A DNA stretch of 63,712 nucleotides, counting the filler, from Rhabdomonas costata (Eukaryota): assembly GCA_019059605.1 (NCBI GenBank). It is 33 parts of 33 records of this genome, joined end to end, with 100 filler letters (N's around TTAATTAATTAA, not from the genome) between each part and the next. Parts side by side here need not be neighbours in the genome. Positions count along the whole stretch, not along the records: positions 61,880 to 63,712 come from JAHMHO010008450.1; 32 more parts are not named here. One strand, given 5' to 3'. The notes beneath the pieces were generated by a model. That model ran no database searches, was not told the origin of the DNA, and saw nothing but the letters and a program-made list of their open reading frames with translations. Shown here in pieces: positions 62,351-63,712 of this stretch (positions are counted from its first letter, which is position 1; each line of letters starts with the position of its first letter). The translations under genes and the position numbers were made by a program.

Positions 62351-63712
62351 CTGAGAAACACCCCGCAGTGAGGGGTCCGCGTGCAAACATCAAACAAAAA
62401 GTGAGAGGGGAGATTCCAGGAAGAAAGGGGGGCTTGAGAAAGCACTGCTGAAGTCAGCTTGAGAAAGAGCTGTTCGCTTGAGTGGAGGTATGGAACGTAT
62501 CCAACGAATGGGACGGGACGCTCTGACGAGATAAGGTTGAAGATTGCCCCGCACACCACCCAGAAGCGAAACAACAAGCCCGGGTACAACTTTGCGTCGA
62601 ACCGTTTTTTCTTGGTCATTTCTCAATGTGTAAAGATTGACTGAGATATGATACAGTCCGAAAATTCCAAACGATCGCCTAAGAAATTTGCAAAAAAAAA
62701 AGGAATTGATGATGATAATAATGATGATGATGATCTACTCTACCCGCCCTCCCCCTGCACGACAGGGTGGTGACGGTGAGGGGTGGGTCCATGAACATCA
62801 CCATCACCACCATGAACGGCATCCGGAAGAAACACAACGAAAACGCAAAGAAGATGGTGCACTGAACACAATGAAGCACAGCCCGCAAAAAAAAAAAGGT
62901 TGCAAACCCGTCCGTGCGGATGGACAGAGCGCTGCGGAATCCATGGGGAACAGAGATTTTCCTGAGCATTTTCAGATTTACTCGCTTAACACAAAAACAT
63001 TCAAATGGATCACTACACGTCTTGCATGGGAACAGTCACTGATGAGAGAAACAAAAGAAAAGGCGAAAATCAAAACGTTGATGAAAGACAAGAATTGTGT
63101 TTGTGTGCGCCAAAAACAACGCTGCCCTTTTCGAAACCTTGAAATGACACCATGTCTGCAATACAAAAAAAATACAGTGCATATTATTGCGGAAATTATT
63201 TGCTTAGAATCGCAGCACCCCATGCACCCGTTTGAACTTGGATATGAGTTTACGAGGCATGGATGTTCATCTCGGTTGCATTTCTTGTGGCCACCCAGGG
63301 CCTCCCCCGCTGGAGCAAACTCCATCTAAATTCAGTTACTCCTCCAGTTTCATGGTTTAAAAATTCTGCTTTTGAAAATTGTTCCAGATTGCCCTCCCAG
63401 ATCATTGGAAATGGGAAAGTCGTTGCGAGCAGTCCTGAGGGGTTTTCGGGCTTAATCTCCCTCCTCCCACTCCCTGTTGACAGTCTTTCAAAACACGATA
63501 GTAAATGACAAAGCTCGATTTGAAAGTGCACCTTTTCGGATAATAATTCGCCACCTCTCCCTCTCCCTGGTTGGGTCAATGATGATTTTATGGGAGACTA
63601 AGTGTGGAAAAGCAGTGGCCACTTGGGGACAGGGGGACGTATATTGGTTGTTCAGCAACCCCAAAAAGGTCCGATTTGGCCACTGCTTTTCCACACTTAG
63701 TCCCCCACAAAA

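Noticed and set aside
62688..63329. 213-aa ORF with poly-Met and poly-His tracts
   Set aside because: It derives from ATG/CAT microsatellites and A-runs on the strand opposite the IQ-motif gene and has no coding signature.
1..63712. A multi-gene system (defence island, operon, CRISPR-Cas) built from neighbouring genes
   Set aside because: Genes sit on separate 1.8-kb contigs ordered by length. No repeat-spacer array or cas-like gene was seen.

Overview
This window is not one locus. It is 33 unrelated contigs of about 1.83 kb (1828-1838 nt, so a size-sorted assembly), joined by 32 identical 100-nt linkers (44 N + TTAATTAATTAA + 44 N). Adjacency across linkers therefore means nothing. Nearly every contig starts with a G/T-only run and ends with an A/C-only run, and three contig ends carry fold-back inverted repeats. 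Both point to degenerate-primer whole-genome amplification. The DNA is nuclear DNA of an intron-rich eukaryote with short GC-rich exons, GT-AG introns and at least one GC-AG intron. It is most plausibly a euglenid (inferred from a kinetoplastid-like proteasome beta2, a WS/DGAT wax ester synthase, Cache/PBP-type receptor ectodomains and EExxxR coiled-coil proteins). Most six-frame ORFs are spurious; real genes appear only after splicing by hand. Gene fragments recovered: proteasome beta2 (5 exons), a sensor histidine kinase, a DUF1015 protein, PIG-O, an ankyrin-repeat protein, TMEM41-like, a bacterial-type Kelch protein, EST1/SMG5-7-like (4 exons), three Cache-like and one PBP1-like receptor fragments, WS/DGAT, a METTL21-like methyltransferase, a STI1/HOP-like TPR protein, CCCH zinc finger and IQ-motif proteins, and several hypotheticals. 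Decayed retroelement pieces are also present: a DIRS-type Dam-like methyltransferase, a possible RT/RNase H and a Gag-like zinc knuckle. No CRISPR array, rRNA or intact tRNA was found. No multi-gene novel system can be supported from such fragments. The best leads are intron-containing genes of prokaryotic type (DUF1015, histidine kinase, Cache/PBP sensors, Kelch), the retroelement adenine methyltransferase relic, and the relaxed splice-donor grammar. All family calls come from motif recognition by eye, not database searches.
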